A stretch of DNA of 51,110 bases from contig CAVEYD010000003.1 in assembly GCA_963619835.1 (NCBI GenBank), forward strand, positions 1-51,110, given 5' to 3'. The notes beneath the pieces were generated by a model, which was given only the letters and a program-made list of their open reading frames with translations, did not search any database and was not told the DNA's origin. The DNA is from a bacterium. Its GTDB lineage: Bacteria > Bacillota > Clostridia > Christensenellales > CAG-314. This document shows, in pieces, positions 9,100-18,592 of this stretch (position 1 is the first letter of the stretch; the number at the start of each line of letters is the position of its first letter). The position numbers were made by a program, and so were the translations under genes.

Positions 9100-9115
9100 G
9101 AAGGAGGAAACAGAA

Positions 9116-9514
9116 ATGGTTGTTACAGATCCTATTGCTGATATGTTGACTCGTATCAGAAACGCTATTACCGCAAAACACGCCGACGTAGAAATCCCCG
9201 CTTCCAAAACAAAGAAGGCTATTGCCGATATTCTTGTTGAAGAAGGATACATCGCCGGATACGAAGTAATAGAAAAAGAATTACAAAACTCTATCAAGGT
9301 TACATTAAAGTACGGTCCTCACGGAGAAAAAGTCATCAACGGACTTAAACGTATTTCAAAACCCGGTCTTAGAGTTTATGCAAAAAGTGAAGAACTACCC
9401 AAGGTTCTCAACGGACTTGGAATTGCAATTGTGTCCACAAGTAAGGGCATTATGACTGACAAAAACGCTCGCAACCAAAATCTTGGTGGCGAAGTGCTTG
9501 CGTTTGTTTGGTAA
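9116..9514 (+). CDS. rpsH: 30S ribosomal protein S8
   Basis: [17 protein letters not shown]. The ATG at 9116 follows AAGGAGG. The longer track ORF from 9065 overlaps rpsN and was not used. Confidence 0.95.
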   Translation: MVVTDPIADMLTRIRNAITAKHADVEIPASKTKKAIADILVEEGYIAGYEVIEKELQNSIKVTLKYGPHGEKVINGLKRISKPGLRVYAKSEELPKVLNGLGIAIVSTSKGIMTDKNARNQNLGGEVLAFVW

Positions 9515-9525
9515 GGAGGTAGGAT

Positions 9526-10068
9526 ATGTCAAGAATTGGAAAGAAGCCTATCGAAATACCTGCAGGTGTTACCGTTGCATTTAACAACGGTATTGTAGAT
9601 GTTAAAGGCCCCAAAGGTGAACTTACTCGCAAAATCGAAGATGGTCTCGGTTGCACAATCGAAGACGGAAAAGTTCACATTACTTGTCCCGATAACGCAG
9701 AAACCGAATTGCAAGCTAAGCACGGTTTGTTTAGAGCACTTGTACACAATATGGTTGTAGGTGTTCACGATGGTTTTGCTCGTAACCTTATTATTAACGG
9801 TGTAGGTTACAAAGCAGCTGTTCAAGGAGATAAACTTGTACTTAACATCGGTTATTCAAATCCCGTTGAAGTAATTGCACCCAAGGGAATCACATTTGAG
9901 TGTCCCTCTGCTACTGAAATTGTCGTAAAAGGCTTTGACAAGGAACTTGTCGGTCAAACAGCGGCAAATATTAAGGCTAAACGTCCTGTCGAACCTTATC
10001 ATGCTTACGGCGTTCGCTACAAAGAGCAAGTCGTAGTTATGAAGGAAGGTAAGAAGGCAGGTAAGTAA
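9526..10068 (+). CDS. rplF: 50S ribosomal protein L6
   Basis: 180 aa, MSRIGKKPIEIPAGV. Confidence 0.97.
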   Translation: MSRIGKKPIEIPAGVTVAFNNGIVDVKGPKGELTRKIEDGLGCTIEDGKVHITCPDNAETELQAKHGLFRALVHNMVVGVHDGFARNLIINGVGYKAAVQGDKLVLNIGYSNPVEVIAPKGITFECPSATEIVVKGFDKELVGQTAANIKAKRPVEPYHAYGVRYKEQVVVMKEGKKAGK

Positions 10069-10080
10069 GGAGTGTAGATT

Positions 10081-10443
10081 ATGATTAAAAAGTTAAACAA
10101 AAATGCGGACAGAAGAATCCGTCACGCAAGAGTAAGAAAAAAGGTATACGGAACAAGCGTTAAACCTCGTCTTTGTGTTTATCGTTCAACCAACTACATC
10201 TACGCTCAAATTATCGACGATGTAAACGGCGCAACACTTTGTGCTTCTTCAAGCCTTGCATTGAAGGCTAATGTAGAAGGCAAAAACAAGAAGGAAGCCG
10301 CTTGCGAAGTAGGTAAGGATATCGCAGCTAAAGCAGCAAAACTTGGAATTTCCGAAGTTGTCTTTGACCGTGGCGGTTACATCTACACCGGCAGAGTTGC
10401 TGCATTGGCAGACGGCGCAAGAGAAGCCGGACTTAAATTCTAA
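10081..10443 (+). CDS. rplR: 50S ribosomal protein L18
   Basis: 120 aa with [17 protein letters not shown]. Confidence 0.96.
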   Translation: MIKKLNKNADRRIRHARVRKKVYGTSVKPRLCVYRSTNYIYAQIIDDVNGATLCASSSLALKANVEGKNKKEAACEVGKDIAAKAAKLGISEVVFDRGGYIYTGRVAALADGAREAGLKF

Positions 10444-10456
10444 TCGGAGGCAGATA

Positions 10457-11086
10457 ATGGAAAACGTAACAGAAGTTGAAGTAGTTGCTACCGAAGCGGC
10501 AGCAGCACAAAACGCTCAAAATGAGCAACAACCCAAACGTAACTTCCGCGAAGGTGGCCGTCCGGATAGAAAAGGCGGAAAGCGCAATCCTCGTGAAAGA
10601 GAAAACAAAGAAGACGATGGTCTTATCAAAAAGTTGGTAGCAGTTAACCGCGTAACTAAAGTTGTTAAGGGTGGACGCACAATGCGTTTCTCTGCACTTG
10701 TAGTTGTCGGTGACGGTAAAGGTTCGGTAGGCGTTGGAATGGCTAAAGCAGCAGAAGTTCCTCAAGCTATCGAAAAAGCTAACCTTCGTGCTAAAAAGGC
10801 AATGGTAAAAATTGCTCTTGTAGACACAACAATACCTCACGAAGTAATCGGAACATTTGGACGTGGCAAGGTTTTGCTTATGCCCGCTCAACCCGGTACC
10901 GGTGTTATTGCAGGTGGTCCTGTAAGAAACGTTTTGGAAGCAGTAGGTGTAAAAGATATTCGTACAAAGTCGTATGGTTCTAATAACCCCATCAACTGCG
11001 TAAAAGCAACACTTAACGGACTTGCAATGCTTCGTAGTCGTGAACAAGTAGCAGCTCTACGCGGAAAGAGCGTTGAAGAAATCTAA
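10457..11086 (+). CDS. rpsE: 30S ribosomal protein S5 with a charged N-terminal extension
   Basis: The ATG at 10457 follows GGAGG. The S5 core is [24 protein letters not shown]. The track ORF from 10343 overlaps rplR and was trimmed. Confidence 0.94.
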   Translation: MENVTEVEVVATEAAAAQNAQNEQQPKRNFREGGRPDRKGGKRNPRERENKEDDGLIKKLVAVNRVTKVVKGGRTMRFSALVVVGDGKGSVGVGMAKAAEVPQAIEKANLRAKKAMVKIALVDTTIPHEVIGTFGRGKVLLMPAQPGTGVIAGGPVRNVLEAVGVKDIRTKSYGSNNPINCVKATLNGLAMLRSREQVAALRGKSVEEI

Positions 11087-11100
11087 GGAGGACAGTTAAA

Positions 11101-11394
11101 ATGGCTAAAACAAACAAAACATCCGCTCCTCTTTACATCAACGGAAAGTATGTTGTTGAAAAACAACTTGCTGCAAAGCCCGCAAAGGGAACTCAACCTT
11201 ATGATGCCGCAACCGGTAAAATCAAGGTTACTTTGCTAAAGAGCACAAACGGAATTTTGAAAGAACATCAAGCAACAATCGCAGCTTTGGGACTTACTAA
11301 AATTCGTACAACAAATGTTTTGCCCGACAATGCGGCAATTCGTGGTATGATTTTTAAAGTTAAGCACTTGGTTGCTGTTGAAGAAGTAAAGTAG
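11101..11394 (+). CDS. rpmD: 50S ribosomal protein L30 with a ~38-aa N-terminal extension
   Basis: 97 aa. The L30 core is KIKVTLLKSTNGILKEHQATIAALGL..VKHLV. AAGGAGG RBS at the 11101 start, and no alternative start codon just before the core. Confidence 0.9.
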   Translation: MAKTNKTSAPLYINGKYVVEKQLAAKPAKGTQPYDAATGKIKVTLLKSTNGILKEHQATIAALGLTKIRTTNVLPDNAAIRGMIFKVKHLVAVEEVK

Positions 11395-11403
11395 GAGGCT
11401 ATA

Positions 11404-11850
11404 ATGAGAATACATACAATTCAACCCGCAGTAGGAGCTACAACCTCCGAAAAAAGATTGGGTAGAGGTATCGGAAGCGGCCTCGGAAAAACAAGCGGTA
11501 AAGGTCACAAGGGACAATGGGCTCGTAGCGGTGGCGGTGTTCGCCCCGGCTTTGAAGGCGGTCAAACTCCCCTTGCAAGACGTTTGCCTAAACGTGGTTT
11601 CAACAACAAATTTGCCGTTAAGTACGACATTGTAAACGTACAAGCTCTCAATATTTTTGAAGACGGCACAACAGTTACTCCGGAAATGCTTGCAGAAGCA
11701 CGTCTTGTTGCAGGTAAGAATAATGGTGGAGTAAAAATCCTCGGCAACGGAACTATTACAAAAAAACTTACTGTTAAAGCAGATAAGTTCTCCGCTTCGG
11801 CAAAAGCAGCTATTGAAGCGGCAGGCGGAGTAGCAGAGGTAATTGAGTAA
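11404..11850 (+). CDS. rplO: 50S ribosomal protein L15
   Basis: 148 aa with [19 protein letters not shown]. Confidence 0.96.
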   Translation: MRIHTIQPAVGATTSEKRLGRGIGSGLGKTSGKGHKGQWARSGGGVRPGFEGGQTPLARRLPKRGFNNKFAVKYDIVNVQALNIFEDGTTVTPEMLAEARLVAGKNNGGVKILGNGTITKKLTVKADKFSASAKAAIEAAGGVAEVIE

Positions 11851-13250
11851 TGTTTGAAACCATCAGGAATGCCTTTAAGATTAAGGAAGTACGTATTAAA
11901 ATTTTGATGACGATCTTGTTTGTAGTTATCTACAGACTTGGTTGTTACATCACCGTTCCCGGACTATCGAAAATCGAGTTGAGCAGCGACACCGATATTT
12001 TTGGCTTGCTAAATGCAATTACAGGTAGCGCGCTTAGTCAGGGTACGTTGTTCTCACTCGGCATTTCCCCGTACATCAACTCGTCAATTATTGTACAGTT
12101 GTTGACGGTGGCAATTCCTGCTCTGGAAAGAATGTCCAAAGAAGGCGAAGAAGGTAGAAAAAAGATTGACGTTATCACTCGTTGGGTAACACTCGGTTTG
12201 GCAGTAGTTAGTGCTATCGGTGTTGTTTTAACTCTCGACAATCAATACGGCTATCTAAACTACAATTGGCTTGGTGGTTCCGGTATTATGGTCGGCGATC
12301 AAACTTTGCCTGCATTCTTTGAAGCCAACAAATGGATAATGTACATCTACATCGTCATCGTTCTTGTGGGCGGAAGCATGCTCACAATGTGGATAGGCGA
12401 ACGCATTACTGAGTACGGCGTATCTAACGGTATTTCAATTCTTATTTTTGTTGGTATCGTTGCTACGGCAGCACAAGCTCTCGGTACATCAATCGGCGGT
12501 ATGTTCGGTGATGCCGCATCTGCAAACATTTGGTCAGTTGTATTGTTCCTTGTAACATTAGTTTTGGTATTTGGATTCATTGTATGGGTCGATGGTGCCG
12601 AAAGAAAAATCAAGGTTCAATATGCTAAACAAGTTAAGGGCAACAAGATGTACGGCGGACAATCTACATTTATCCCCATCAAGGTAAATGCATCCGGCGT
12701 TATGCCTCTAATTTTCGCTTATGCAATCCTAAGCTTCCCTCAAATGCTTATACAAACATTTTGGAGTTCTTCGGATTTTGCAACATGGTGGGCAACCTAC
12801 ATGACTGCACAAAACGGAAATGCAGTAGGCGTAATCGTATATAACGTTGTTCTTGCCATCTTGATATTTGTATTTGCGTACTTCTATTCACAAATTCAAT
12901 TTAACCCCATCGAAATTGCCAAAAACATTCAAAACAATGGTGGTTTCGTAACAGGTATTCGTCCGGGCAGAGAAACGGCAGAATATCTTGCAAAAATCGT
13001 ATCACGTATTACTCTTTGGGGCGCAGTGTTCCTTACAATTATCGCATTTGTACCATCGCTGTTGTTTAGTTTCCTTCCACAAATTCTTGGTTTGGAACTC
13101 AACTCACAGTTGGTTGGTAGCTTCTCGGCAACGGGAATGTTGATTTGTGTATCTGTTGCTTTGGAATTTGACAAAGCTTTGGAAAACCAAATCATGATGC
13201 GTCATTACAAGGGCTTGCTTGGCTCCGGTTCGAAAGGATTTTTGAAATAA
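11850..13250 (+). CDS. secY: Preprotein translocase subunit SecY
   Basis: 466 aa, multi-TM, with GISPYINSSIIVQLL. Canonical position after rplO; the ATG overlaps the rplO stop. Confidence 0.97.
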   Translation: MFETIRNAFKIKEVRIKILMTILFVVIYRLGCYITVPGLSKIELSSDTDIFGLLNAITGSALSQGTLFSLGISPYINSSIIVQLLTVAIPALERMSKEGEEGRKKIDVITRWVTLGLAVVSAIGVVLTLDNQYGYLNYNWLGGSGIMVGDQTLPAFFEANKWIMYIYIVIVLVGGSMLTMWIGERITEYGVSNGISILIFVGIVATAAQALGTSIGGMFGDAASANIWSVVLFLVTLVLVFGFIVWVDGAERKIKVQYAKQVKGNKMYGGQSTFIPIKVNASGVMPLIFAYAILSFPQMLIQTFWSSSDFATWWATYMTAQNGNAVGVIVYNVVLAILIFVFAYFYSQIQFNPIEIAKNIQNNGGFVTGIRPGRETAEYLAKIVSRITLWGAVFLTIIAFVPSLLFSFLPQILGLELNSQLVGSFSATGMLICVSVALEFDKALENQIMMRHYKGLLGSGSKGFLK

Positions 13251-13251
13251 T

Positions 13252-13872
13252 ATGAAAATTGTATTGCTTGGCGCACCCGGTAGCGGTAAAGGTACCATGG
13301 CGCAAAAACTTACAACAGAGTTACATATTCCGCAAATCTCAACGGGAGACATATTCCGTCAAAATTTAAAAGACGAAACTCCTTTGGGATTGCAGATTAA
13401 AGACATTATGGCAAAGGGAATGCTTGTCCCGGACGAAATCACCATTGAAATCGTCAAGGACAGGCTTGCCAAAGCCGACTGTGCAAACGGTTATATTTTG
13501 GATGGCTTCCCGCGTTCAATAGTTCAAGCAGAAGCGTTGGATAAATTTCAAGATATCGATTGTGCAATAAATCTCGATGTAGAAAGCGAATCAATTGTAA
13601 AACGTCTTTCCGGACGCAGATTTTGTCCAAATTGCAATGGTACTTACCATGTTTCTATTCTCGAAAACGAACATGTATGCCCGTCTTGCAACGGCAATTT
13701 GATTGTTCGTGAGGACGATAAAGAAGAAACTGTTCGTAACAGATTGAATGTTTATGCAAAGACAACGCTTCCTCTTGTAGATTATTATGCCCATCAGGGC
13801 AAACTCGCAACGGTAGACGGTAATGGCTCCATTGACGAAGTATACGACAGAATTTTGTCGGCATTAAGATGA
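13252..13872 (+). CDS. adk: Adenylate kinase (zinc-lid type)
   Basis: P-loop GAPGSGKGT. Lid cysteines CPNC...CPSC. Confidence 0.96.
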   Translation: MKIVLLGAPGSGKGTMAQKLTTELHIPQISTGDIFRQNLKDETPLGLQIKDIMAKGMLVPDEITIEIVKDRLAKADCANGYILDGFPRSIVQAEALDKFQDIDCAINLDVESESIVKRLSGRRFCPNCNGTYHVSILENEHVCPSCNGNLIVREDDKEETVRNRLNVYAKTTLPLVDYYAHQGKLATVDGNGSIDEVYDRILSALR

Positions 13873-14618
13873 TTCTCATAAAGTCTAATGAACAAATAGC
13901 AAAAATGCGTAAAGCCAACATAATTGTTAGGGACACGTTAAATCTCCTTAGGGATCACACAAAACCCGGAATTTCCACTTTGGAACTAAACAAGTTGGCT
14001 CACGAATACATTACAAAGCAAAATGCGATACCAAGTTTTTTAAACTACAGTGGTTATCCGGCAAGCATTTGCGTGTCGATTGACTGTGAAGTGGTGCACG
14101 GAATTCCTTCAAAGCACAAGATATTGCAAGAAGGACAAATTGTCAGTTATGATGTCGGTGCCATTTATGACGGTTGGAACGGAGATGCTGCCCGTACAGT
14201 GGCTTGCGGAATTATTTCTCCTGAAGCACAAAAGCTTATAGATGTAACCGAACAATGTTTCTTTAAGGGTGTCGAATGTATCGTTCCCAACGTAACAAGA
14301 TTGGGAGACCTTGGACACACAATACAATCCTATGCCGAAAGTTTTGGATACGGAGTTGTAAGAGAACTTGTAGGACATGGAATAGGCAGAGATATGCACG
14401 AAGATCCTGATGTACCAAACTATGGCACGGCAGGTCACGGAATGAGATTAAGTTCCGGAATGACAATCGCAATTGAACCCATGATAACTATGGGAACCGA
14501 AAAGGTTGATTGGATGTCGGACGGCTGGACCGTAAAAACACGAGACAGAAAACCCGCATCGCATTATGAAAACACAATTGCTATTTTAGATGACAAAATA
14601 GAAATTTTGAGTTTATAG
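13869..14618 (+). CDS. map: Methionine aminopeptidase, type I
   Basis: 249 aa. ATGA overlap with adk. MetAP fold motifs (YDVGAIYDGWNGDAA, GHGIGRDMHE). Confidence 0.95.
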   Translation: MILIKSNEQIAKMRKANIIVRDTLNLLRDHTKPGISTLELNKLAHEYITKQNAIPSFLNYSGYPASICVSIDCEVVHGIPSKHKILQEGQIVSYDVGAIYDGWNGDAARTVACGIISPEAQKLIDVTEQCFFKGVECIVPNVTRLGDLGHTIQSYAESFGYGVVRELVGHGIGRDMHEDPDVPNYGTAGHGMRLSSGMTIAIEPMITMGTEKVDWMSDGWTVKTRDRKPASHYENTIAILDDKIEILSL

Positions 14619-14625
14619 GATAAAT

Positions 14626-14925
14626 ATGAACGAATACGACATAGGCGTCGGCAGTATTGTTCTGTCAACGCAAGGACGCGACAAAGGTAACTACTTTTTA
14701 GTTGTAGAAGTAAACAAAAATTGCGTTTATCTTGCCGATGGCGGTATGCGCAAGTTAGCTTCTCCAAAAAAGAAAAACATTAAGCATGTTTCGTACAGTG
14801 GCACCAATTGTGAATCTATTGCTAAAAAGCTAATTTCTAATCAAAAAGTCTTTGACAGCGAAGTAAAAAGCGCGTTAAGACAATTTAATCAATCGGGAGA
14901 ATCAGAATGTCAAAAGACGATGTAA
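14626..14925 (+). CDS. Small KOW-domain protein (function unknown)
   Basis: 99 aa. The N-terminus, [24 protein letters not shown], looks like a KOW/SH3-like barrel. It sits between map and infA, as in many Clostridia. The 3' end overlaps infA by 19 nt. Confidence 0.7.
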   Translation: MNEYDIGVGSIVLSTQGRDKGNYFLVVEVNKNCVYLADGGMRKLASPKKKNIKHVSYSGTNCESIAKKLISNQKVFDSEVKSALRQFNQSGESECQKTM

Positions 14926-15134
14926 TAGAAGTCGAAGGCGTAGTTGTCGAGGCATTGCGTAATGCAGAATTTCGAGTAAAACTATCAAATGGTCACGAAA
15001 TAACCGCGTACGTTTCCGGAAAGTTGAGAATTCACTCTATAAGAATTTTGCCCGGAGATGCGGTTAAGTTGGAAATGAGTCCGTATGACCTTACAAAGGG
15101 ACGTATCGTGTGGCGTACTAAGGGCGTACAATAA
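14907..15134 (+). CDS. infA: Translation initiation factor IF-1
   Basis: 75 aa, [44 protein letters not shown]. Confidence 0.96.
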   Translation: MSKDDVIEVEGVVVEALRNAEFRVKLSNGHEITAYVSGKLRIHSIRILPGDAVKLEMSPYDLTKGRIVWRTKGVQ

Positions 15135-15176
15135 AACAAAACTATCTAGGGAAAAACCCTGTCAAGGAGGACAAAA

Positions 15177-15293
15177 ATGAAAGTTAAACCGTCAGTAAAA
15201 CCAATGTGTGATAAATGCAAGGTAATTAAACGTAACGGAAAAGTTATGGTTATTTGCTCTAAATATCCCAAACATAAACAAAGACAGGGCTAA
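15177..15293 (+). CDS. rpmJ: 50S ribosomal protein L36 (not in the ORF track)
   Basis: Hand translation: [48 protein letters not shown]. Canonical position after infA. Confidence 0.93.
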   Translation: MKVKPSVKPMCDKCKVIKRNGKVMVICSKYPKHKQRQG

Positions 15294-15311
15294 AACCCTA
15301 TGGCGCATTGC

Positions 15312-15363
15312 GTCGGCGGCTAACCCCGCTAAAATCGGATTCAATTATCTGTCGTTAGCCGAC
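15312..15363 (+). promoter_or_regulatory. G+C-rich hairpin element in the rpmJ-rpsM spacer
   Basis: GTCGG(cgg)CTAAC (15312-15324) pairs with GTTAGCCGAC (15354-15363): 10 bp with a 3-nt bulge. The loop contains a CCG-ctaaaat-CGG mini-hairpin. No U-tract follows. Confidence 0.4.
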
Positions 15364-15376
15364 ATCATTCCACTCG

Positions 15377-15405
15377 GTTCGGTGAGCGTACAGATGTGTT
15401 ATAAT
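15377..15405 (+). promoter_or_regulatory. Candidate internal extended -10 promoter for rpsM-rpsK-rpsD-rpoA-rplQ
   Basis: TGT-TATAAT at 15397-15405. The -35 region (GTTCGG) is poor. Confidence 0.45.
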
Positions 15406-15441
15406 AAATAAAAATTAAAAATTTTTCAAGGAGAAAAACAA

Positions 15442-15819
15442 ATGGCTCGTATTTCCGGTGTAGATTTACCCAGAGAAAAACGTATTGAAATCGGCTTGAC
15501 CTACATTTACGGAATCGGACGTACTACGGCAACAAAAATTCTTGCCGAAACAGGCGTCAATCCGGATACTCGTGTAAAAGATCTTACTGAGGACGATGTA
15601 TCTAAGATCCGTGATTGTATCGAAAAGAATCTCCACGTAGAAGGTGACCTTCGTCGTGAAGTTTCTATGAATATCAAAAGACAAATAGAAATCGGCTCCT
15701 ATCGTGGAATTCGTCACAGAAAGGGACTTCCTGTAAGAGGACAATCCACAAAACAAAATGCTCGTACGAGAAAAGGACCTAAACGTACAGTTTCTCGTGG
15801 CAAAAAGGCCGTTAAGTAA
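15442..15819 (+). CDS. rpsM: 30S ribosomal protein S13
   Basis: 125 aa, [26 protein letters not shown]. Confidence 0.97.
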   Translation: MARISGVDLPREKRIEIGLTYIYGIGRTTATKILAETGVNPDTRVKDLTEDDVSKIRDCIEKNLHVEGDLRREVSMNIKRQIEIGSYRGIRHRKGLPVRGQSTKQNARTRKGPKRTVSRGKKAVK

Positions 15820-15833
15820 GGGAGGAAGTAGAA

Positions 15834-16223
15834 ATGGCAGGTAAAAGAGTTGTCAGGAAAAAACGTGATATAAGAAAGGTCGAAAAAGGACAAGTTCATA
15901 TTCACGCTTCCTTCAATAACACAATTGTAACATTTACAGATATGAACGGAAACGCTCTATCTTGGTCCAGCTCCGGAAGTCTTGGTTTCCGCGGTTCTCG
16001 TAAGAGCACAGCTTTTGCTGCTCAACAAGCTGCAGAAATCGCTGCTAAAGGCGCTAAGGAATACGGAATTCGTTCTGTTGAAGTGTATGTAAAAGGTCCC
16101 GGACAAGGACGTGAATCGGCAATTCGTGCTTTGCAAACAGCCGAAATCGAAGTTACGCTTATCCGCGACGTATCACCTATTGCACACAACGGTTGCCGTC
16201 CTCCAAAGCGTAGAAGAGTATAG
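15834..16223 (+). CDS. rpsK: 30S ribosomal protein S11
   Basis: 129 aa with [25 protein letters not shown]. Confidence 0.97.
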   Translation: MAGKRVVRKKRDIRKVEKGQVHIHASFNNTIVTFTDMNGNALSWSSSGSLGFRGSRKSTAFAAQQAAEIAAKGAKEYGIRSVEVYVKGPGQGRESAIRALQTAEIEVTLIRDVSPIAHNGCRPPKRRRV

Positions 16224-16241
16224 TAAAAGGAGATTATCGAA

Positions 16242-16868
16242 ATGGCAAGATATACAAGCGCAGACTGCCGTCAATGCAGACGCGAAAAATGCAAACTATT
16301 TCTTAAAGGCGAAAGATGCTACTCTGAAAAATGCGCACTTACAAAACGTGGTAAAATCCCCGGAGTGCATGCAGATAGCAGAAAGAAGATAACCGAGTAC
16401 GGACTTCAGTTGAGAGAAAAACAAAAGACAAAGCGTATTTACGGACTTCAAGAAAAACAATTCCACAAGTACTACGAAGAAGCAGAACGTAGCAAGGGTG
16501 TAACCGGTGCTAACATGCTTATCTTGTTGGAACAAAGACTTGACAACGTCGTTTATCGTATGGGTATTGGTATTTCTCGTAGCCAAGCAAGACAATTTGT
16601 TAACCATGGTTTAATTACAGTAAACGGAAAGCGTGTAACTATTCCGAGTTACGAGGTAAAAATCGGTGATGTAATTTCCATTAAAGAAAACAAACAAGAA
16701 CAAGCTTTGTTTGTTGCTTTGAAGGGATCCAAAAAGCCGGCAAATCTTCCTCAATGGTTAGATTTTGAACCTGCTGACTTAACAGGAAAAGTACTTGCAA
16801 AACCGACGAGAGAAGATATCGACGCAAACATCCAAGAACACATGATCGTCGAGTTGTACTCCAAGTAA
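16242..16868 (+). CDS. rpsD: 30S ribosomal protein S4 (N-terminal Cys cluster present)
   Basis: 208 aa, MARYTSADCRQCRREKCKLFLKGERCYSEKC, with an S4 RNA-binding domain (LDNVVYRMG). Confidence 0.96.
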   Translation: MARYTSADCRQCRREKCKLFLKGERCYSEKCALTKRGKIPGVHADSRKKITEYGLQLREKQKTKRIYGLQEKQFHKYYEEAERSKGVTGANMLILLEQRLDNVVYRMGIGISRSQARQFVNHGLITVNGKRVTIPSYEVKIGDVISIKENKQEQALFVALKGSKKPANLPQWLDFEPADLTGKVLAKPTREDIDANIQEHMIVELYSK

Positions 16869-16906
16869 TCAAGTTAGACAAGCGTAAACAACGCATCATA
16901 CGTTTT

Positions 16907-16935
16907 GTTTTGAGTTGCATTTGTCAACTCAAAAC
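16907..16935 (+). other. Perfect 11-bp hairpin between rpsD and rpoA
   Basis: GTTTTGAGTTG-catttgt-CAACTCAAAAC, with no downstream U-tract. Confidence 0.6.
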
Positions 16936-16972
16936 AGCGTTACAATAAAATATTAAAGGAGATTGTTGTCCA

Positions 16973-17944
16973 ATGATGGAAATAGAAAAACCGGTAATGA
17001 CAGTTGAAGAAAGCGGCAAAAATGCAAGCATCATCAAGATCGTCGCCGAACCGTTGGAAAGGGGCTATGGTATCACTTTGGGTAATGCACTACGCAGAGT
17101 ACTATTGTCGGCACTTCCGGGAGTTGCGGTTGTAGGAATTAAAATTGATGGTGTTCAACACGAATTTTCTACTGTTTCCGGCGTAAAAGAGGACGTTACA
17201 GACATCATCCTGAACATCAAGCGCTTGGCTTTGAAGTCGGATAATGAAGCGAATGACTTCAGAAAGACAATTTCAATCAACAAAGTTGGTCCTTGCGAAG
17301 TTCATGCAAGTGACATAATAACCGACAGCGAAGTAGAAGTTCTCAACCCTGATTTATATATCTGCACTTTGGAAGAAGGCGGAGTACTCGATTGCGAACT
17401 TTATGTTGCTCGTGGTTGCGGTTACTACTCGATTGAAAAAAATAAAGAACGTAACAAGGAACTTAAGCTTAGCTACCCAATTGGTTATATACCTATCGAT
17501 TCGATTTTTGGACCTGTTAAGAAAGCAAGCTACAATGTAGAAAGTGCACGTGTCGGTCAAGATATCACTCGTGACAAATTGACATTGGAAGTAGAAACGA
17601 ACGGTGCTTTTTCCGGAAGAGAAATTGTTTCTCTCGCCGCAAAAATCATAGAAGATCACATAAAGATGTTTGTTGATCTCTCCGAAAATTTCAGTAAAGA
17701 TATCCTTATTCCGCGTGAATCGGATAATCACAGAAAGATTTTGGAAATGAACATCGACGATATGGATTTGTCTGTTCGCTCATACAACTGTTTGAAACGC
17801 GCAGGAATTCAAACTGTAGAAGATTTAACACGTCGTACCGAAGACGATATGTTGAAAGTGCGTAACCTTGGTAGAAAGTCGTTAGACGAAGTGATTGCAA
17901 AGCTTGAAAGTTACGGTCTATCTTTGAATAATAAGGATGAATAG
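16973..17944 (+). CDS. rpoA: DNA-directed RNA polymerase subunit alpha
   Basis: 323 aa with an N-terminal domain (PLERGYGITLGNALRRVLLS) and a C-terminal domain (LSVRSYNCLKRAGIQTVEDL). Confidence 0.97.
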   Translation: MMEIEKPVMTVEESGKNASIIKIVAEPLERGYGITLGNALRRVLLSALPGVAVVGIKIDGVQHEFSTVSGVKEDVTDIILNIKRLALKSDNEANDFRKTISINKVGPCEVHASDIITDSEVEVLNPDLYICTLEEGGVLDCELYVARGCGYYSIEKNKERNKELKLSYPIGYIPIDSIFGPVKKASYNVESARVGQDITRDKLTLEVETNGAFSGREIVSLAAKIIEDHIKMFVDLSENFSKDILIPRESDNHRKILEMNIDDMDLSVRSYNCLKRAGIQTVEDLTRRTEDDMLKVRNLGRKSLDEVIAKLESYGLSLNNKDE

Positions 17945-17956
17945 GAGAATTGCACA

Positions 17957-18466
17957 ATGCCAGCAAATAGAAAATTAGGAAAAGCAACTGATGCGAGATT
18001 GGCTCTTTTGAAAAATCAAGTTTCTCAACTTCTTTGGAATGGTAAGTTGGAAACAACAGAAGCTCGTGCTAAGGAAGTTCAAAAACTTGCCGAAAAGTAC
18101 ATCACGCTTGCTGTTAACTCTTACAAAGATACAGTTGAAGTTGAAAAAGAGAAGGTCGTAAACGGTAAGGCTACCACAATCAAAGTGGTAAACGATGGCG
18201 CAAACAAACTTGCAGCAAGACGTAAGCTTATGGCCGGTCTTGCAGACTTGCAAGAAAAACGTCTTCCTAAAGAAAGCGCAACCGAATACAAACTTCGTAC
18301 AAAAACGGTACGTCATCCGTTGATCGAAAAAATGTTCAACGATTATGCACCCAAGTTTGACAAGATTGCTCAAGAAAAGGGACAAAAAGGTGGCTACACA
18401 GCGGTTTACAAAATGAACCAACGTCGTGGCGACGGCGCAGAAATGGCTCTCGTAGTTGTTTTGTAA
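17957..18466 (+). CDS. rplQ: 50S ribosomal protein L17 (long form with an internal insertion)
   Basis: 169 aa, N-terminus KLGKATDARLALLKNQ, C-terminus GGYTAVYKMNQRRGDGAEMA. About 45 extra residues lie in the middle compared with ~120-aa L17 proteins. Confidence 0.93.
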   Translation: MPANRKLGKATDARLALLKNQVSQLLWNGKLETTEARAKEVQKLAEKYITLAVNSYKDTVEVEKEKVVNGKATTIKVVNDGANKLAARRKLMAGLADLQEKRLPKESATEYKLRTKTVRHPLIEKMFNDYAPKFDKIAQEKGQKGGYTAVYKMNQRRGDGAEMALVVVL

Positions 18467-18481
18467 TTAAAAATCAAGAAG

Positions 18482-18517
18482 AAAAAACTCGTTTCTTAAT
18501 TGAAACGAGTTTTTTTG
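18482..18517. terminator. Bidirectional rho-independent terminator (rplQ on +, membrane-protein gene on -)
   Basis: CTCGTTTC-ttaatt-GAAACGAG stem flanked by an A-run upstream and a T-run downstream. Confidence 0.8.
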
Positions 18518-18592
18518 ATTTATGTGTTCTGTTTGTTTTAAATTGTCAAGACAAGGAAAACTTCGTAAAAAATTAAAAAGTTTTTTGCATTA

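Noticed and set aside
10343-10456. Upstream extension of the S5 ORF (track start 10343); likewise 9065 for S8, 26537 for the binding protein, 29477 for the permease, 36015 for dus, 44142 for proS, 45698 for apbE and 31850 for acyltransferase 1.
   Set aside because: The extensions overlap the preceding gene or lack an RBS. In each case an in-frame start with a GGAGG-type RBS at proper spacing yields the canonical N-terminus.
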